Under the pieces are notes generated by a model. It was not told the DNA's origin and did no database searches. It saw nothing but the letters and a program-made list of their open reading frames with translations. DNA of 64,000 bases from a virus (Duplodnaviria > Heunggongvirae > Uroviricota > Caudoviricetes), in the IMG/VR virus record IMGVR_UViG_3300025009_000056. The stretch is one strand, 5' to 3'. This document shows positions 8,961 to 18,723 of this stretch, piece after piece. How positions within the stretch are numbered: the first letter of the stretch is position 1; each line of letters begins with the position of its first letter. Made by a program: the position numbers and the translations under genes.

Positions 8961-8972
8961 AAATAAAAAACC

Positions 8973-9668
8973 ATGAGACCAACATCAGCAATCCTATTTA
9001 TGATAATTGTGACGATAATCGCCTCAATTTTCGGCTTCGGCTTACCCGTTGCCATCGCTGCCACCGCAATAGCGGCAATGCTAATCCTATACCTGTATTC
9101 ATCAATGGTTAATCCACTATATGCCACATGGTACACGATTCCAAAAGGCTGGCATTACACGGTTAAGGGTTTTTTCTCATTCCTTTTTCCGCTCACGCGA
9201 ATTTATAATTCAGATAAATACGATTTAAAATTCACGGTTCGTATTCCGGAAAAATGCAGCTACAATATTAACGTGGTTGGCGGACACTGGAATAAGTTAT
9301 GTGGCACAGCTTTCGACAGCGTACACAATAACTCATTACGAATTGCATGGAGACCAACCCCAGACAGCAAGCGCGTGGAGTACTGTTTTTATGACTACAT
9401 GGATGGCGAAAGAGGCACGTATTATCACTTCAAATCTGATTGGGGAAGCATGTTTGAAATACTGTACGAGAAAGACAAAATGACCGTACAAAAAGATACG
9501 ATAGCAAATGAGGATTGGGTAAAAAGCAACATTATACAACTAAAAGATTACGAACATTGGGATAGAAAATACAGGAAAATATTGCTGTCTTTTTTTGGCG
9601 GAGAGCCGAGAGCGCCACACAAAATGAATATTTTCGTACAAACAAAACTTATTAAAAGAGCAAAATAG
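8973..9668 (+). CDS. membrane-anchored beta-sandwich (lectin/polysaccharide-lyase-like) protein
   Basis: N-terminal TM segments; WNKL..HNNSLRIAWR..FFGGEPRAPH motifs. Confidence 0.45.
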   Translation: MRPTSAILFMIIVTIIASIFGFGLPVAIAATAIAAMLILYLYSSMVNPLYATWYTIPKGWHYTVKGFFSFLFPLTRIYNSDKYDLKFTVRIPEKCSYNINVVGGHWNKLCGTAFDSVHNNSLRIAWRPTPDSKRVEYCFYDYMDGERGTYYHFKSDWGSMFEILYEKDKMTVQKDTIANEDWVKSNIIQLKDYEHWDRKYRKILLSFFGGEPRAPHKMNIFVQTKLIKRAK

Positions 9669-9669
9669 T

Positions 9670-11058
9670 ATGGAAGAGGAAAAAACAATTTCGAATTTCA
9701 TATCGTCACTCGAATCGCATTATGCTATACTGAATGGGGTTGAAATAGACCCACCTTCCAAGCATGATTTTTTCAACAAACAAGCGAATAAGACGGTTAC
9801 ATTTCTCGCCGCTAATATGGGTACTTCTGAGGGCTTGTATAAAAACCTGATTCCAGCGACCGCAATCAACATGCATGTTCCAAACATGCGAGCTTTTATA
9901 GCCAACATGCAAGAGGTTGATGCATCAAAAAACCCATCCGATGCTGTTTTCCCGAGTTACAGAATTTCGGATGAAATGGTTGCTCTTTCAGATTATTTGG
10001 TTCTACCTTTTTTACAGGAGGATATTACCCAAATGGTAAAGAGCTATCGGGAAATAAACCCGAATATAAAAATAGCTTATCAGGTTGATAGTAATATTTT
10101 TGCGAGTGCGCAGTCTATTCCGGATACAATGAGTATAAAAAAACTACTGAAAGCAAAATCTGGAAAGGAATTATTACTGAATAACTGCGATGTGTGCGAT
10201 ATGATTTTCTTCAGTAACGATGTTGTTAGAAACTCATATCAAAAATATCTTAGCGAAAAAGGCGTAAACACGAACAAAAAGGCTATCACATTTTATTGCA
10301 GACCTTTTGAATACATCCTCGGAAACCAATGGAAATATTTTCAACAAGCAAGCGTTGTGGCTGATTTTATTTTACCAGAGGAACAGAAGTTTGCACAGAA
10401 ATTTCCGAAAGAGGAAACGCAGCTACGCTTTGGAATCTTTCTCTCTCCGGACAACGCTTATATATTAGAGGAATTTCTACCCGTTATACAGAGTATTTAT
10501 AAAAAATTCGGCAACCGTGTTCAGTATGTTGTTGTAGGATTAAACGAGATAGAGGAACGTAGTGCTATTGAGTCTATCATTTCAGACAAAACAACCGAAA
10601 CAAGTACAGCCAAATTTCTTAAAGAAAAAATACACCCCAACCTACCTAAAGACATTGTGTGTTTTCACCAACGAGTTCCATTCCACGAATATCACGCATT
10701 GCCTTATATTTTAAATATTGATGCTGTAATAATGTTTGCAAAAGACACTATTTTCAACGTCGGAAACATTAACTACATCAAATATATCGAAATGGCGTAT
10801 ATGCACCTGCCCGTTATTGCTAGTGATGTTTATCCGTATAATAGATTTATAACATCTGGAGACAATGGTATTCTGATTGCAAACGACCCTCAATTCTGGG
10901 TGCAGGAGGTGGAGAGCTTGATTTCACAGCTTGACAATAAATCGGAAAACGACATGAATAAACTTGATGCATTAGAAAAACTGGCATACTTTAAAGCATC
11001 AAGCATGGACGCATCTACGCGAGAGGTAATAGCTTATTATCAGGAAATTTTTTCTTAA
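9670..11058 (+). CDS. GT-B (GT4-like) glycosyltransferase
   Basis: IKYIEMAYMHLPVIASDVYPY...NGILI C-terminal signature. Confidence 0.7.
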   Translation: MEEEKTISNFISSLESHYAILNGVEIDPPSKHDFFNKQANKTVTFLAANMGTSEGLYKNLIPATAINMHVPNMRAFIANMQEVDASKNPSDAVFPSYRISDEMVALSDYLVLPFLQEDITQMVKSYREINPNIKIAYQVDSNIFASAQSIPDTMSIKKLLKAKSGKELLLNNCDVCDMIFFSNDVVRNSYQKYLSEKGVNTNKKAITFYCRPFEYILGNQWKYFQQASVVADFILPEEQKFAQKFPKEETQLRFGIFLSPDNAYILEEFLPVIQSIYKKFGNRVQYVVVGLNEIEERSAIESIISDKTTETSTAKFLKEKIHPNLPKDIVCFHQRVPFHEYHALPYILNIDAVIMFAKDTIFNVGNINYIKYIEMAYMHLPVIASDVYPYNRFITSGDNGILIANDPQFWVQEVESLISQLDNKSENDMNKLDALEKLAYFKASSMDASTREVIAYYQEIFS

Positions 11059-11060
11059 GA

Positions 11061-11240
11061 ATGTGTAAGAAAAAAAATACATTCATAATACGGCGCAAAA
11101 TAGGGAATGTGGTTTACGCATTCCCCATTGAGGCCGACAATATAGAGGAGGCAATACTGTATTTCGAAAATGAACTACCACACTGCAAAAGCGATAATAA
11201 TAGCGGCGAAGCGACCGAGGTGAGCGGTGTGTCAAAATAA
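11061..11240 (+). CDS. small hypothetical protein
   Basis: manually translated 59 aa filling gap. Confidence 0.45.
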   Translation: MCKKKNTFIIRRKIGNVVYAFPIEADNIEEAILYFENELPHCKSDNNSGEATEVSGVSK

Positions 11241-11294
11241 ATATTTCATAAACATAAGCAAATACATTATCTTTGCATACTCAAAACAAGAAGA

Positions 11295-11420
11295 ATGGTT
11301 GATTCTCCTAATCAAAAACCCATAAAAAAAACAACCAAATACGACTTTAACGGATGTATTATCGCTATAATTGTAGCGGTCATAATGATTGTTGTATGCG
11401 AGATTGTTGCAACATTTTAA
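11295..11420 (+). CDS. small membrane protein
   Basis: 41 aa with one TM; TATCTTTG box at 11268-11275. Confidence 0.5.
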   Translation: MVDSPNQKPIKKTTKYDFNGCIIAIIVAVIMIVVCEIVATF

Positions 11421-11437
11421 TAACCAAAAAATAAAAA

Positions 11438-12430
11438 ATGGCAAACCTTAAGTATTCTGAAAAATCAATAAAAAGATTAATAAGTTTATCATCCATGCCA
11501 AAAAGGGCAATAGCAAAAGTGTTATGTGATGAGTTTCCAAAAGAGTTCAAAAGTATAGAGACCGCAAGAAGTATGATTAGGTATTATACCGGAAATAGCG
11601 GTGGAGAAAATTACGAACATGCAAAAAACACGAACAAACTAATTCATGGTGCATTCGGTAATCTCGATTACGAAGAGGCGGAGATTCCACAGGAACCATA
11701 TATGATACCGACTGGTATAAAAACGGTTGGCATGTTTGGTGATATGCACGGATTATGGAGAGACCAAAAGACAATTGAAATAGCATTGGCTGATTTTTAT
11801 CAAAGTGATGTTGATGCCATCATTATGGGCGGTGATATTATCGACTGTTATCAGGAGTCTGATTTCAGTAAAGACCCAAGAAAATCAAGTATGCAGCGGG
11901 AGCGTGAATTTATTATTGAGTTCCTGAAGCAGATGCAAAACACATTCTCGAATACACAGATTTATTACAAACTGGGTAATCACGAAGCTCGTCATGAAAG
12001 ATATATGCTAAGAAACGCCCCTGCTATTTATGACGAGAACATCATGGGAATTCCGGCGTTACTCGAATTTAAAGGCAGTAGAATTCATTTTATTCCGGAA
12101 TCACAAACGATAAAACTAGGAAAACTCGCTATTATTCACGGCGACGAAATTAGAGCTGGTGGACAGATTAATACATCTAGAAATAAAATGCTCCGCGCAT
12201 TCACTAATATTGCTTATTTTCACCACCATTCAGTAAGCGAAACTTACGCAAGAGATATGTGGGGTAAATATATCGGCTCATGGGGTATTGGATGCACATG
12301 TGGATTGAAGCCAAAATACGCACCGAATAATCAATGGATGAACGGATATGCAAAGGTTAAGATTGTTGATGGTGAGGGTAATTTCGACCTCGATAACGTT
12401 AAGGTTATTAACGGAAGAGCATCACACTAA
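11438..12430 (+). CDS. calcineurin-like metallophosphoesterase
   Basis: GDMHG, GGDIID, LGNHE, IHGD, FHHH motifs. Confidence 0.85.
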   Translation: MANLKYSEKSIKRLISLSSMPKRAIAKVLCDEFPKEFKSIETARSMIRYYTGNSGGENYEHAKNTNKLIHGAFGNLDYEEAEIPQEPYMIPTGIKTVGMFGDMHGLWRDQKTIEIALADFYQSDVDAIIMGGDIIDCYQESDFSKDPRKSSMQREREFIIEFLKQMQNTFSNTQIYYKLGNHEARHERYMLRNAPAIYDENIMGIPALLEFKGSRIHFIPESQTIKLGKLAIIHGDEIRAGGQINTSRNKMLRAFTNIAYFHHHSVSETYARDMWGKYIGSWGIGCTCGLKPKYAPNNQWMNGYAKVKIVDGEGNFDLDNVKVINGRASH

Positions 12431-12443
12431 AAAATAAATAATC

Positions 12444-12686
12444 ATGGCTGAGGGTATTTTAAAATTCACACTCCCTGACGAGGAACAGGGATACATGAGA
12501 GCCGTATTAGCTAATGATGCATTCAGCGCCCTGTATGACATACAGGAGCTGTTGCATCAAATACAAAAATACCCCTCAGACCAAGACTATAAGGAATTCC
12601 ATCAAAAAACGGTATCAAAAATATCGTCTCGAATACAGGAAATATTTGATGAAAATGGAATAAATCTAAATGCCCAATACTCATGA
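12444..12686 (+). CDS. hypothetical protein
   Basis: ORF in run. Confidence 0.65.
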   Translation: MAEGILKFTLPDEEQGYMRAVLANDAFSALYDIQELLHQIQKYPSDQDYKEFHQKTVSKISSRIQEIFDENGINLNAQYS

Positions 12687-12961
12687 TAATGAAAAAGGAA
12701 ATAAATGCCTACAAGGAATTCTTTAATATCCTGCTAAAAAAACACGGTATTGATTTCGAGTATATCTGCGACCACCCAGAGGATAAAAATGGTGTTTCAT
12801 GGCATAATAGATACACGGTGACTCAAAAAGAATGGGATGATGCCATTGAATTACTCCGTACTGGATTGAAAAAAATATACAAACAGAAGTATTATGCCAA
12901 ACATATTGAGAGTTCGATAAACAAAATATTTTTATGGCAACCTAAAATCGAAAACGACTAA
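12683..12961 (+). CDS. hypothetical protein
   Basis: ORF, ATGA overlap. Confidence 0.65.
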   Translation: MIMKKEINAYKEFFNILLKKHGIDFEYICDHPEDKNGVSWHNRYTVTQKEWDDAIELLRTGLKKIYKQKYYAKHIESSINKIFLWQPKIEND

Positions 12962-12973
12962 AACAATAAAAAC

Positions 12974-13228
12974 ATGGATTACTCAGTACAGCATAATAGT
13001 TTTATCATCACTCAAAAAGACTTACAAAACTTTTCACTAAGCATGAAATACATCATGAAAAGCATTCGGAAAGAATTAGGCTATCCGATTGGTAGACGAA
13101 AGCATGACGGGGGACTGGAGCCAATCGACCATATAGAGCGTGAAATTCTAGATGCCTGCAAGCGTATCGGAATTGATTTCGGCGCTGAATGGGGACATCA
13201 ATTAGACCTATCAGATGTCGAGGGGTAG
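12974..13228 (+). CDS. hypothetical protein
   Basis: ORF in run. Confidence 0.65.
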   Translation: MDYSVQHNSFIITQKDLQNFSLSMKYIMKSIRKELGYPIGRRKHDGGLEPIDHIEREILDACKRIGIDFGAEWGHQLDLSDVEG

Positions 13229-13313
13229 GTTCCTGTTGAATTAATAATTTGACACTCCTGTTTCGTATTTGATTTTTTCCTACTTTTGCAAAACAAACCC
13301 AAAAACAAAAGTC

Positions 13314-14039
13314 TTGAAAGAAAAGATTTTATTAGCAGCGCCGATATACAACGGCAAAGATTACACGATGCTTGAATGGATTGCAAACATTCAGGTGGTA
13401 TCCGATTTTTATGGTTTCGATGTCGCTCTATGCGATAATACGGACGATAATGGACAATATGCTGAAAAGATAAAGCGGATGTGTCCAGACAGCTGGGTTA
13501 TAACGCATGTCAGTAGAGGTAATTCATCGCAGTCAGCAATTACAAAATCACAAAACGAACTCCGGAAATACTTTCTGGATGGCAACTATGATTTGTTATT
13601 ATCAATTGAGGCTGATGTTTACCCACCATTAAACCTATTCGACCGGATGTTTTTAGAAATGAATAAATGCGGAGCTGATATTTACTCCGGAGTATATTTT
13701 ATTAACCATAAAGAAAACAGCCACCCGATGCTTCAGTCATTATTCATTTACAGAAATGATGACGGAACAATTATGGATGCAATGGCTTATAATCACAGCT
13801 TTCATAATTTATTTTTAGCTCACAAATTCAGCCCTAATCCACAGCCGATATTCGCATGTGGTTTTGGATGTGCATTGATAAAAAGAGCCGTGTTTGAAAA
13901 GATAGAATTCAGGGATGACGGAGCCAATGGAGCACACTCAGATAGTTTCTTTTATCAAGATTGCGCCAGAGCTGGATTCAAGGTGTTTTACGATAGCAGA
14001 ATTGTGTGCCATCACGATAATTTTGATTGGAAAATGTAA
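13314..14039 (+). CDS. GT-A (GT2-like) glycosyltransferase
   Basis: LLAAPIYN, LCDNTD, IEADV (DxD-like), CGFGCALI, SDSFF; probable TTG start after promoter box 13281-13288. Confidence 0.8.
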   Translation: MKEKILLAAPIYNGKDYTMLEWIANIQVVSDFYGFDVALCDNTDDNGQYAEKIKRMCPDSWVITHVSRGNSSQSAITKSQNELRKYFLDGNYDLLLSIEADVYPPLNLFDRMFLEMNKCGADIYSGVYFINHKENSHPMLQSLFIYRNDDGTIMDAMAYNHSFHNLFLAHKFSPNPQPIFACGFGCALIKRAVFEKIEFRDDGANGAHSDSFFYQDCARAGFKVFYDSRIVCHHDNFDWKM

Positions 14040-14052
14040 AAACAAAAACAAT

Positions 14053-14358
14053 ATGAGCTATTTTTGGAAAAGGAGAAAAGCAGATTGGTACGAAGTGACA
14101 GATGTATTGAAAAAATCATTTCCAGAGTTGAAAAATTACTACCCAGATGATGTAGTAAGTTATTTGAGATGTTGCAGTTTGGAATTTTATAAAAAAGAAA
14201 AGATAAAAACAAATCCATTGATAAGAATAACACTCCCGTTTGCTTTTGTGTTTGCGATTATACTGATTGTTATTTCTCCGATTTCATACATAATTACAGG
14301 CAAGTGGGGATACAAAATGAATTGGGTTGGTAATTGGTTTAAACATCTTGGGTTTTAA
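14053..14358 (+). CDS. membrane protein
   Basis: ORF (start moved to ATG 14053); TM segment FAFVFAIILIVISPI. Confidence 0.65.
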   Translation: MSYFWKRRKADWYEVTDVLKKSFPELKNYYPDDVVSYLRCCSLEFYKKEKIKTNPLIRITLPFAFVFAIILIVISPISYIITGKWGYKMNWVGNWFKHLGF

Positions 14359-14370
14359 AAAAAACAAAAC

Positions 14371-14835
14371 ATGAAAAGATTTTTTTACGCTTGCGGTGCT
14401 TTTTGGCTCGCTCTCACAAAGCCCCAAATGTTTCAGATGGGTCTAATGCAAATCGTAAGAGTGATGTTTGAAACGCTTGCTGCGGCGGCAAGACAAAAGA
14501 CACCCCTGACGACAAAATTATGCAATCTTAATACAACAGATGATGGTAAGCCAGATGTTTTATTAACCTTGTGGATTGGTATCGGAGAGGACTCTAATCC
14601 AGCCAGTAGATGCGCTGAATTAGCTGAGAAAATCAGAAAAATGGAATCAGAAAAGCCGATAATATCTAAAGCTGAAATACTCAGCAATATAACCCTTACC
14701 GGAACAATACCTACGTTAACAAACATGCTACCAAACCCAGACCCGCAAAACCCACTTATGCTTTGTGGCGGAATGCGTGTTGACATAAAGAATCTGATTG
14801 AATGCTTGAATAGTAAGGGAGTAATCGTAAAATAA
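14371..14835 (+). CDS. hypothetical protein
   Basis: ORF in run. Confidence 0.65.
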   Translation: MKRFFYACGAFWLALTKPQMFQMGLMQIVRVMFETLAAAARQKTPLTTKLCNLNTTDDGKPDVLLTLWIGIGEDSNPASRCAELAEKIRKMESEKPIISKAEILSNITLTGTIPTLTNMLPNPDPQNPLMLCGGMRVDIKNLIECLNSKGVIVK

Positions 14836-14877
14836 ACAACTATACAAATTTTTAACCAACACAAAAACTTTAAATAA

Positions 14878-15375
14878 ATGAGTAATACTGCAAATTCAGT
14901 GGATTACGGAAGAATAATCCAGATGCTCGAAAGTGAACTTATTAATCAGCAGGAGTACGCTAAAATCCTGCAAAAAGAAATAACGTCACTCAATAATAAA
15001 TTGAAATCAACAATCATAGACCCTGAATTCATTGGTGATAAAAAGATACAGAAAGAAAAGCAACTGTGCGAAACCATAAGCGGCTACAATGAAATGATTG
15101 CTTTGATTGAAACAAACGCAACACTCCTTGACGAATACAAGAAAAGAAAATCCGGCTGGGATAAAACTGTTTCAGAGGCATTCAAAGAGGCTGTAGATGG
15201 TGGATTTGACAATCTTATTAATCGGGCAAGGAAAATCAATGACCCAAAGATGAAACAACGCCTAAAAGATTTTGAGTCCGTTGTAAAGAACGGAGGCGCA
15301 AACAAAGAGCAAAAAGCAACAGCATATCTCGCCTTCAGAAATGAGGTCTGTATATATGAAAAGCAACAAAAGTAA
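14878..15375 (+). CDS. coiled-coil hypothetical protein
   Basis: heptad-like helical sequence. Confidence 0.65.
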   Translation: MSNTANSVDYGRIIQMLESELINQQEYAKILQKEITSLNNKLKSTIIDPEFIGDKKIQKEKQLCETISGYNEMIALIETNATLLDEYKKRKSGWDKTVSEAFKEAVDGGFDNLINRARKINDPKMKQRLKDFESVVKNGGANKEQKATAYLAFRNEVCIYEKQQK

Positions 15376-15394
15376 AAACCAAAACAAAAAAAAG

Positions 15395-15829
15395 ATGAAG
15401 CAGAAAGAAAACAAAAACTCAAAAAACGTGAACAAAAAAGAAGTGAAAGCGGTAAAGAAAACACCTGCTGTCTCGATGAAAACAACAACTTCTACAAAAA
15501 GCAGTAAAACACCTCCCAAGATGGCCGCAAAGAAAGCACCCGTTATCACGATGAAAACAGCAACCCCCGCAAAAAGCAACAAGCCTAGCCCTAAGATGAA
15601 TGCAAAAGCGGTAACACCAACACCGAAAATGAAATACAAATTCAAACTTGGTGACAAGGTGCAAACCACCGCTGGGAACCGGAGAGTTAAAAACAAAAAA
15701 TTCAAAGGAACTGTTGTCGGGTTTGGTACATGGCGGGAATTTAAAAGCATTACCGTTTTAAAAAACAGTAAAAGTGTAACACAGCGCCGCGTGAAATGTC
15801 TCGAAAAAAATCTCATTAAGGTCTTTTAG
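15395..15829 (+). CDS. Lys/Pro/Ala-rich (histone H1-like) protein with C-terminal SH3/KOW-like domain
   Basis: KKTPA/KKAP low-complexity region then FKLGDKVQ...FKGTVVG. Confidence 0.55.
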   Translation: MKQKENKNSKNVNKKEVKAVKKTPAVSMKTTTSTKSSKTPPKMAAKKAPVITMKTATPAKSNKPSPKMNAKAVTPTPKMKYKFKLGDKVQTTAGNRRVKNKKFKGTVVGFGTWREFKSITVLKNSKSVTQRRVKCLEKNLIKVF

Positions 15830-15850
15830 TTTAATTTTTATTTGATTATC

Positions 15851-15881
15851 AGCAAGTGGTGTAAAAAGCCACTTGCTTTTT
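15851..15881 (+). terminator. intrinsic terminator
   Basis: AGCAAGTGG/CCACTTGCT stem followed by T run. Confidence 0.75.
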
Positions 15882-15894
15882 AAAACACAAAAAC

Positions 15895-16542
15895 ATGTCT
15901 AAACTTTTTTGCTTTGATACAGAGACAACAGGATTGGATACACGGAAATGTGCTATTCACCAATTGTCTGGAAAGATAATAATCAACGATGAGGTAAAGG
16001 AAATTTTCAACTTTAAAATCAGACCACACGAGGGCGCAATTATCAACGATGAGTCTCTGGAAATATCCGGTGTTACACGTGAGCAAATAATGGCTTACCC
16101 TAGTCCGGTTGAGTTTTATCAGGCACTTATAAAGATGTTGTCAAAATATGTTGACAAATTCAATAAGCGTGATAAATTTCATCTCGCTGGATTCAATAAT
16201 TGCAAATTCGACAATGAATTATTGAGGGCGCTTTTCGAAAGGATGGAGGATAAATATTTCGGCTCATGGTTTTGGTCGGACTCTATTGATGCGATGGTTT
16301 TAGCATCATTGTTTCTTGAGGACAAAAGAGCATTAATGCCGGACTTTAAATTAATGACCGTAGCCAAATTCTGCGGAATTCCGGTTGATGAATCAAAGCT
16401 GCATGACGCTCAATACGATATTGAGATAACATACAGGGTGATTAAAGGAATCAAAACGTACATGAATATGGGGATTAAAGCATGGAATGTAAAAATAGAA
16501 CAAAAAAAACAGGCAAAACAACAGAGTCAATTGGATTTATAG
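15895..16542 (+). CDS. DEDDh 3'-5' exonuclease (DnaQ-like)
   Basis: FDTETTG, AGFNNCKFD, LHDAQYD. Confidence 0.9.
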   Translation: MSKLFCFDTETTGLDTRKCAIHQLSGKIIINDEVKEIFNFKIRPHEGAIINDESLEISGVTREQIMAYPSPVEFYQALIKMLSKYVDKFNKRDKFHLAGFNNCKFDNELLRALFERMEDKYFGSWFWSDSIDAMVLASLFLEDKRALMPDFKLMTVAKFCGIPVDESKLHDAQYDIEITYRVIKGIKTYMNMGIKAWNVKIEQKKQAKQQSQLDL

Positions 16543-16778
16543 ATTTTGCCGATATTAATTTCGAATGTCCGTACTGCGGTAAAGATTATGCCGATATTGA
16601 CGATAAATATCTCAACAGGTGTAACAAGAATAAAAACTGCTGCACGAAAATAAAATGCGACTGCGGAAATACGTTTTCAATGACCTACGGATTCATGGGT
16701 AATGCTGTCGGATTTAAAACCGAAAAACTAGAGAACCTGATAAACTCAAAAAAACAAACCACCCTAATTAACAACTGA
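16482..16778 (+). CDS. Zn-ribbon protein
   Basis: CPYCG...CDCG. Confidence 0.55.
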   Translation: MECKNRTKKTGKTTESIGFIDFADINFECPYCGKDYADIDDKYLNRCNKNKNCCTKIKCDCGNTFSMTYGFMGNAVGFKTEKLENLINSKKQTTLINN

Positions 16779-16785
16779 CAAAAAA

Positions 16786-17043
16786 ATGAAAAGCACACAA
16801 CAACAAATAGATGAGGTTATTTCATGTTTTCCACCGAAATACAAAGAAGGCTTTACGTCAGCTGACATCGGAATACTCGTGAGCATGTTTCCAGAAATGA
16901 ATAAGGATTGTTTCAACAATGCATTGACCGGAATAACAGCAAAACTTGTTTGCGGAGAAATTGTAATTTACGAACACGATGTTCGCACAGCACTCCGGTG
17001 CGGAATTGAAGGCCGCGACATGTCAATGGAGGAATTTGATTAA
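16786..17043 (+). CDS. hypothetical protein
   Basis: ORF in run. Confidence 0.65.
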   Translation: MKSTQQQIDEVISCFPPKYKEGFTSADIGILVSMFPEMNKDCFNNALTGITAKLVCGEIVIYEHDVRTALRCGIEGRDMSMEEFD

Positions 17044-17096
17044 CCATTTACCACAATAACCAATAAACCTATTTTATTGGCAATAATAACAAAACT

Positions 17097-17309
17097 ATGA
17101 CTGAAAAACAAAATCCATTATTAAAAGACGAAATCACGGAAAGTGATTTAAGGATTGGTGTTGAATTACCTGAAGGCTGGAAAAACTGGAACACAATGTC
17201 GCTGGATGAGTGCGCGGATTATCTACATAAACAATACTGTTTTCTGAGTAGCGGTGACGCTTACTGTATAAATAGACTCGTGGAGTTTTATCAAAAAAAC
17301 AAGTCGTAA
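17097..17309 (+). CDS. hypothetical protein
   Basis: ORF in run. Confidence 0.6.
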   Translation: MTEKQNPLLKDEITESDLRIGVELPEGWKNWNTMSLDECADYLHKQYCFLSSGDAYCINRLVEFYQKNKS

Positions 17310-17366
17310 TGATTGCAAATTCCAACATTACAACCAAAACACTATCATAATGATTGCAAATTCCAA
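17307..17366 (+). repeat. 19-bp direct repeat duplicating a gene start
   Basis: TAATGATTGCAAATTCCAA at 17307 and 17348. Confidence 0.85.
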
Positions 17367-17523
17367 TATAACATTTCCGAAACTAGTTGTGTTTATCTGG
17401 TTACTCCTACCGATAGTAATGCTATGCTCGATGTTTACATCCGGATTTGTTTTTATAACATCATTCATTATCGAAATTATTCTAACTATCACACTACTGG
17501 TTTTGATTATATTTAAAACATAG
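17350..17523 (+). CDS. small 2-TM membrane protein
   Basis: manually translated 57 aa MIANSNITFPKLVVFIWLLLP...; more plausible than track ORF 17313..17516. Confidence 0.55.
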   Translation: MIANSNITFPKLVVFIWLLLPIVMLCSMFTSGFVFITSFIIEIILTITLLVLIIFKT

Positions 17524-17713
17524 CTGTCAAAAATAAAGATTGATTTCATTCTCAAAAATAGCTATCTTTGTAAAAAAAAGATGCGCCGGAAAATAAAGTT
17601 TAAAAGACCGAGACATCTTCACCGAAAGGAAGATGTTTTTGGCTTTAATCTGATTCCGGAAAAGTCCAGATTTGATTATTTTAATATTGATTTTTTTAAA
17701 CACATAGACAGAG

Positions 17714-18190
17714 ATGAAAGTATACGCACTCAGCAGGGAATCATTCAATACAACGGTACGCCAGAATGGTTTGACCGACGAGAATATTGAGCAAAAGGAA
17801 AACTTATTCTGCATCTGTATCTGGTGCGATAAAAACGACGAAAAGCATCCGTTTTATTTCGGACAGGAACATAAAAATGTCCGATATTTCTACTTTTATG
17901 ACATCGACAAAGATTGCATAGATGAGCAAAACAATATTGTTTACCCCGTAATTTCAGACGAAACAGCTGAAGCGATTGTGAAATACATCGTAGAAAACAA
18001 GGGTAAAAAACTCTGTCTTGTTCATTGTGCCGCCGGAATATCCCGCAGTGGAGCCGTTGCCACATTCATCAATGATTTATACGGTGAGCCATATAGAGAG
18101 TTTATTCAAAAAAACAGCGCAATCAACCCAAATGTTACCGTGTTAATAAAACTCCGGAACGCATACGAAAAACTATTTCCGAATGGTTGA
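17714..18190 (+). CDS. protein tyrosine/dual-specificity phosphatase
   Basis: VHCAAGISRS (HCxxGxxR) P-loop. Confidence 0.85.
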   Translation: MKVYALSRESFNTTVRQNGLTDENIEQKENLFCICIWCDKNDEKHPFYFGQEHKNVRYFYFYDIDKDCIDEQNNIVYPVISDETAEAIVKYIVENKGKKLCLVHCAAGISRSGAVATFINDLYGEPYREFIQKNSAINPNVTVLIKLRNAYEKLFPNG

Positions 18191-18365
18191 AAAATCAAAG
18201 ATAAGAATAGGAGCTGATTATTTTTATAGATGCCGGACTAAATGCAAGGTTTTATCCGTAAACGCAATAACGGCTATCTGCCGCATCGTTGGAGTAAAGA
18301 GGCAATATATAGGTGCTGCTTATTTTTCAGAGCTGAGTGAGACTAAATGCCACGAAAACCATTGA
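18183..18365 (+). CDS. hypothetical protein
   Basis: ORF in run. Confidence 0.5.
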   Translation: MVEKSKIRIGADYFYRCRTKCKVLSVNAITAICRIVGVKRQYIGAAYFSELSETKCHENH

Positions 18366-18370
18366 TTTCC

Positions 18371-18412
18371 TAGACACTTACCTAGACACTACTTAGACAC
18401 CAGTTTAGACAT
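18371..18412 (+). repeat. four TAGAC(AC) direct repeats
   Basis: copies at 18371, 18383, 18394, 18406. Confidence 0.75.
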
Positions 18413-18436
18413 GAGTAAAAATAAAAACAATTCAGA

Positions 18437-18670
18437 ATGCAAAAATTTTCACCTGATTACAAAGGAAATTCACATCCTATCCGACAGAGATTAAAAGCAA
18501 TCTGGCACATCCTGTTTGACCGGAATTTTATTCTGATAACCGGAATAAGGCAATTTATTAAAGAGGGACAAAATTGCAGGAGACTGGAGGTAATCAGGCG
18601 CACGGATTATGGTGGCGAATCAGACTATTTATCATGCCTCGGTGGTGCGGAACTAAGTAAATCCGAATAA
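18437..18670 (+). CDS. hypothetical protein
   Basis: last ORF of + strand block. Confidence 0.6.
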   Translation: MQKFSPDYKGNSHPIRQRLKAIWHILFDRNFILITGIRQFIKEGQNCRRLEVIRRTDYGGESDYLSCLGGAELSKSE

Positions 18671-18710
18671 AGATAGAGAAAGATAGGCCGTAAGATAGAA
18701 GATAAGATAG
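18670..18710 (+). repeat. four AAGATAG direct repeats at strand convergence
   Basis: copies at 18670, 18680, 18692, 18704. Confidence 0.7.
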
Positions 18711-18723
18711 ACATTAGTCTACG

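Noticed and set aside
11102-11125. Terminator hairpin GGGAATG/CATTCCC
   Set aside because: Lies inside a plausible 59-aa ORF and lacks a T tract.
17307-17366. Mini-CRISPR or att site from the 19-bp direct repeat
   Set aside because: Only two copies; it simply duplicates the first codons of a small membrane gene.
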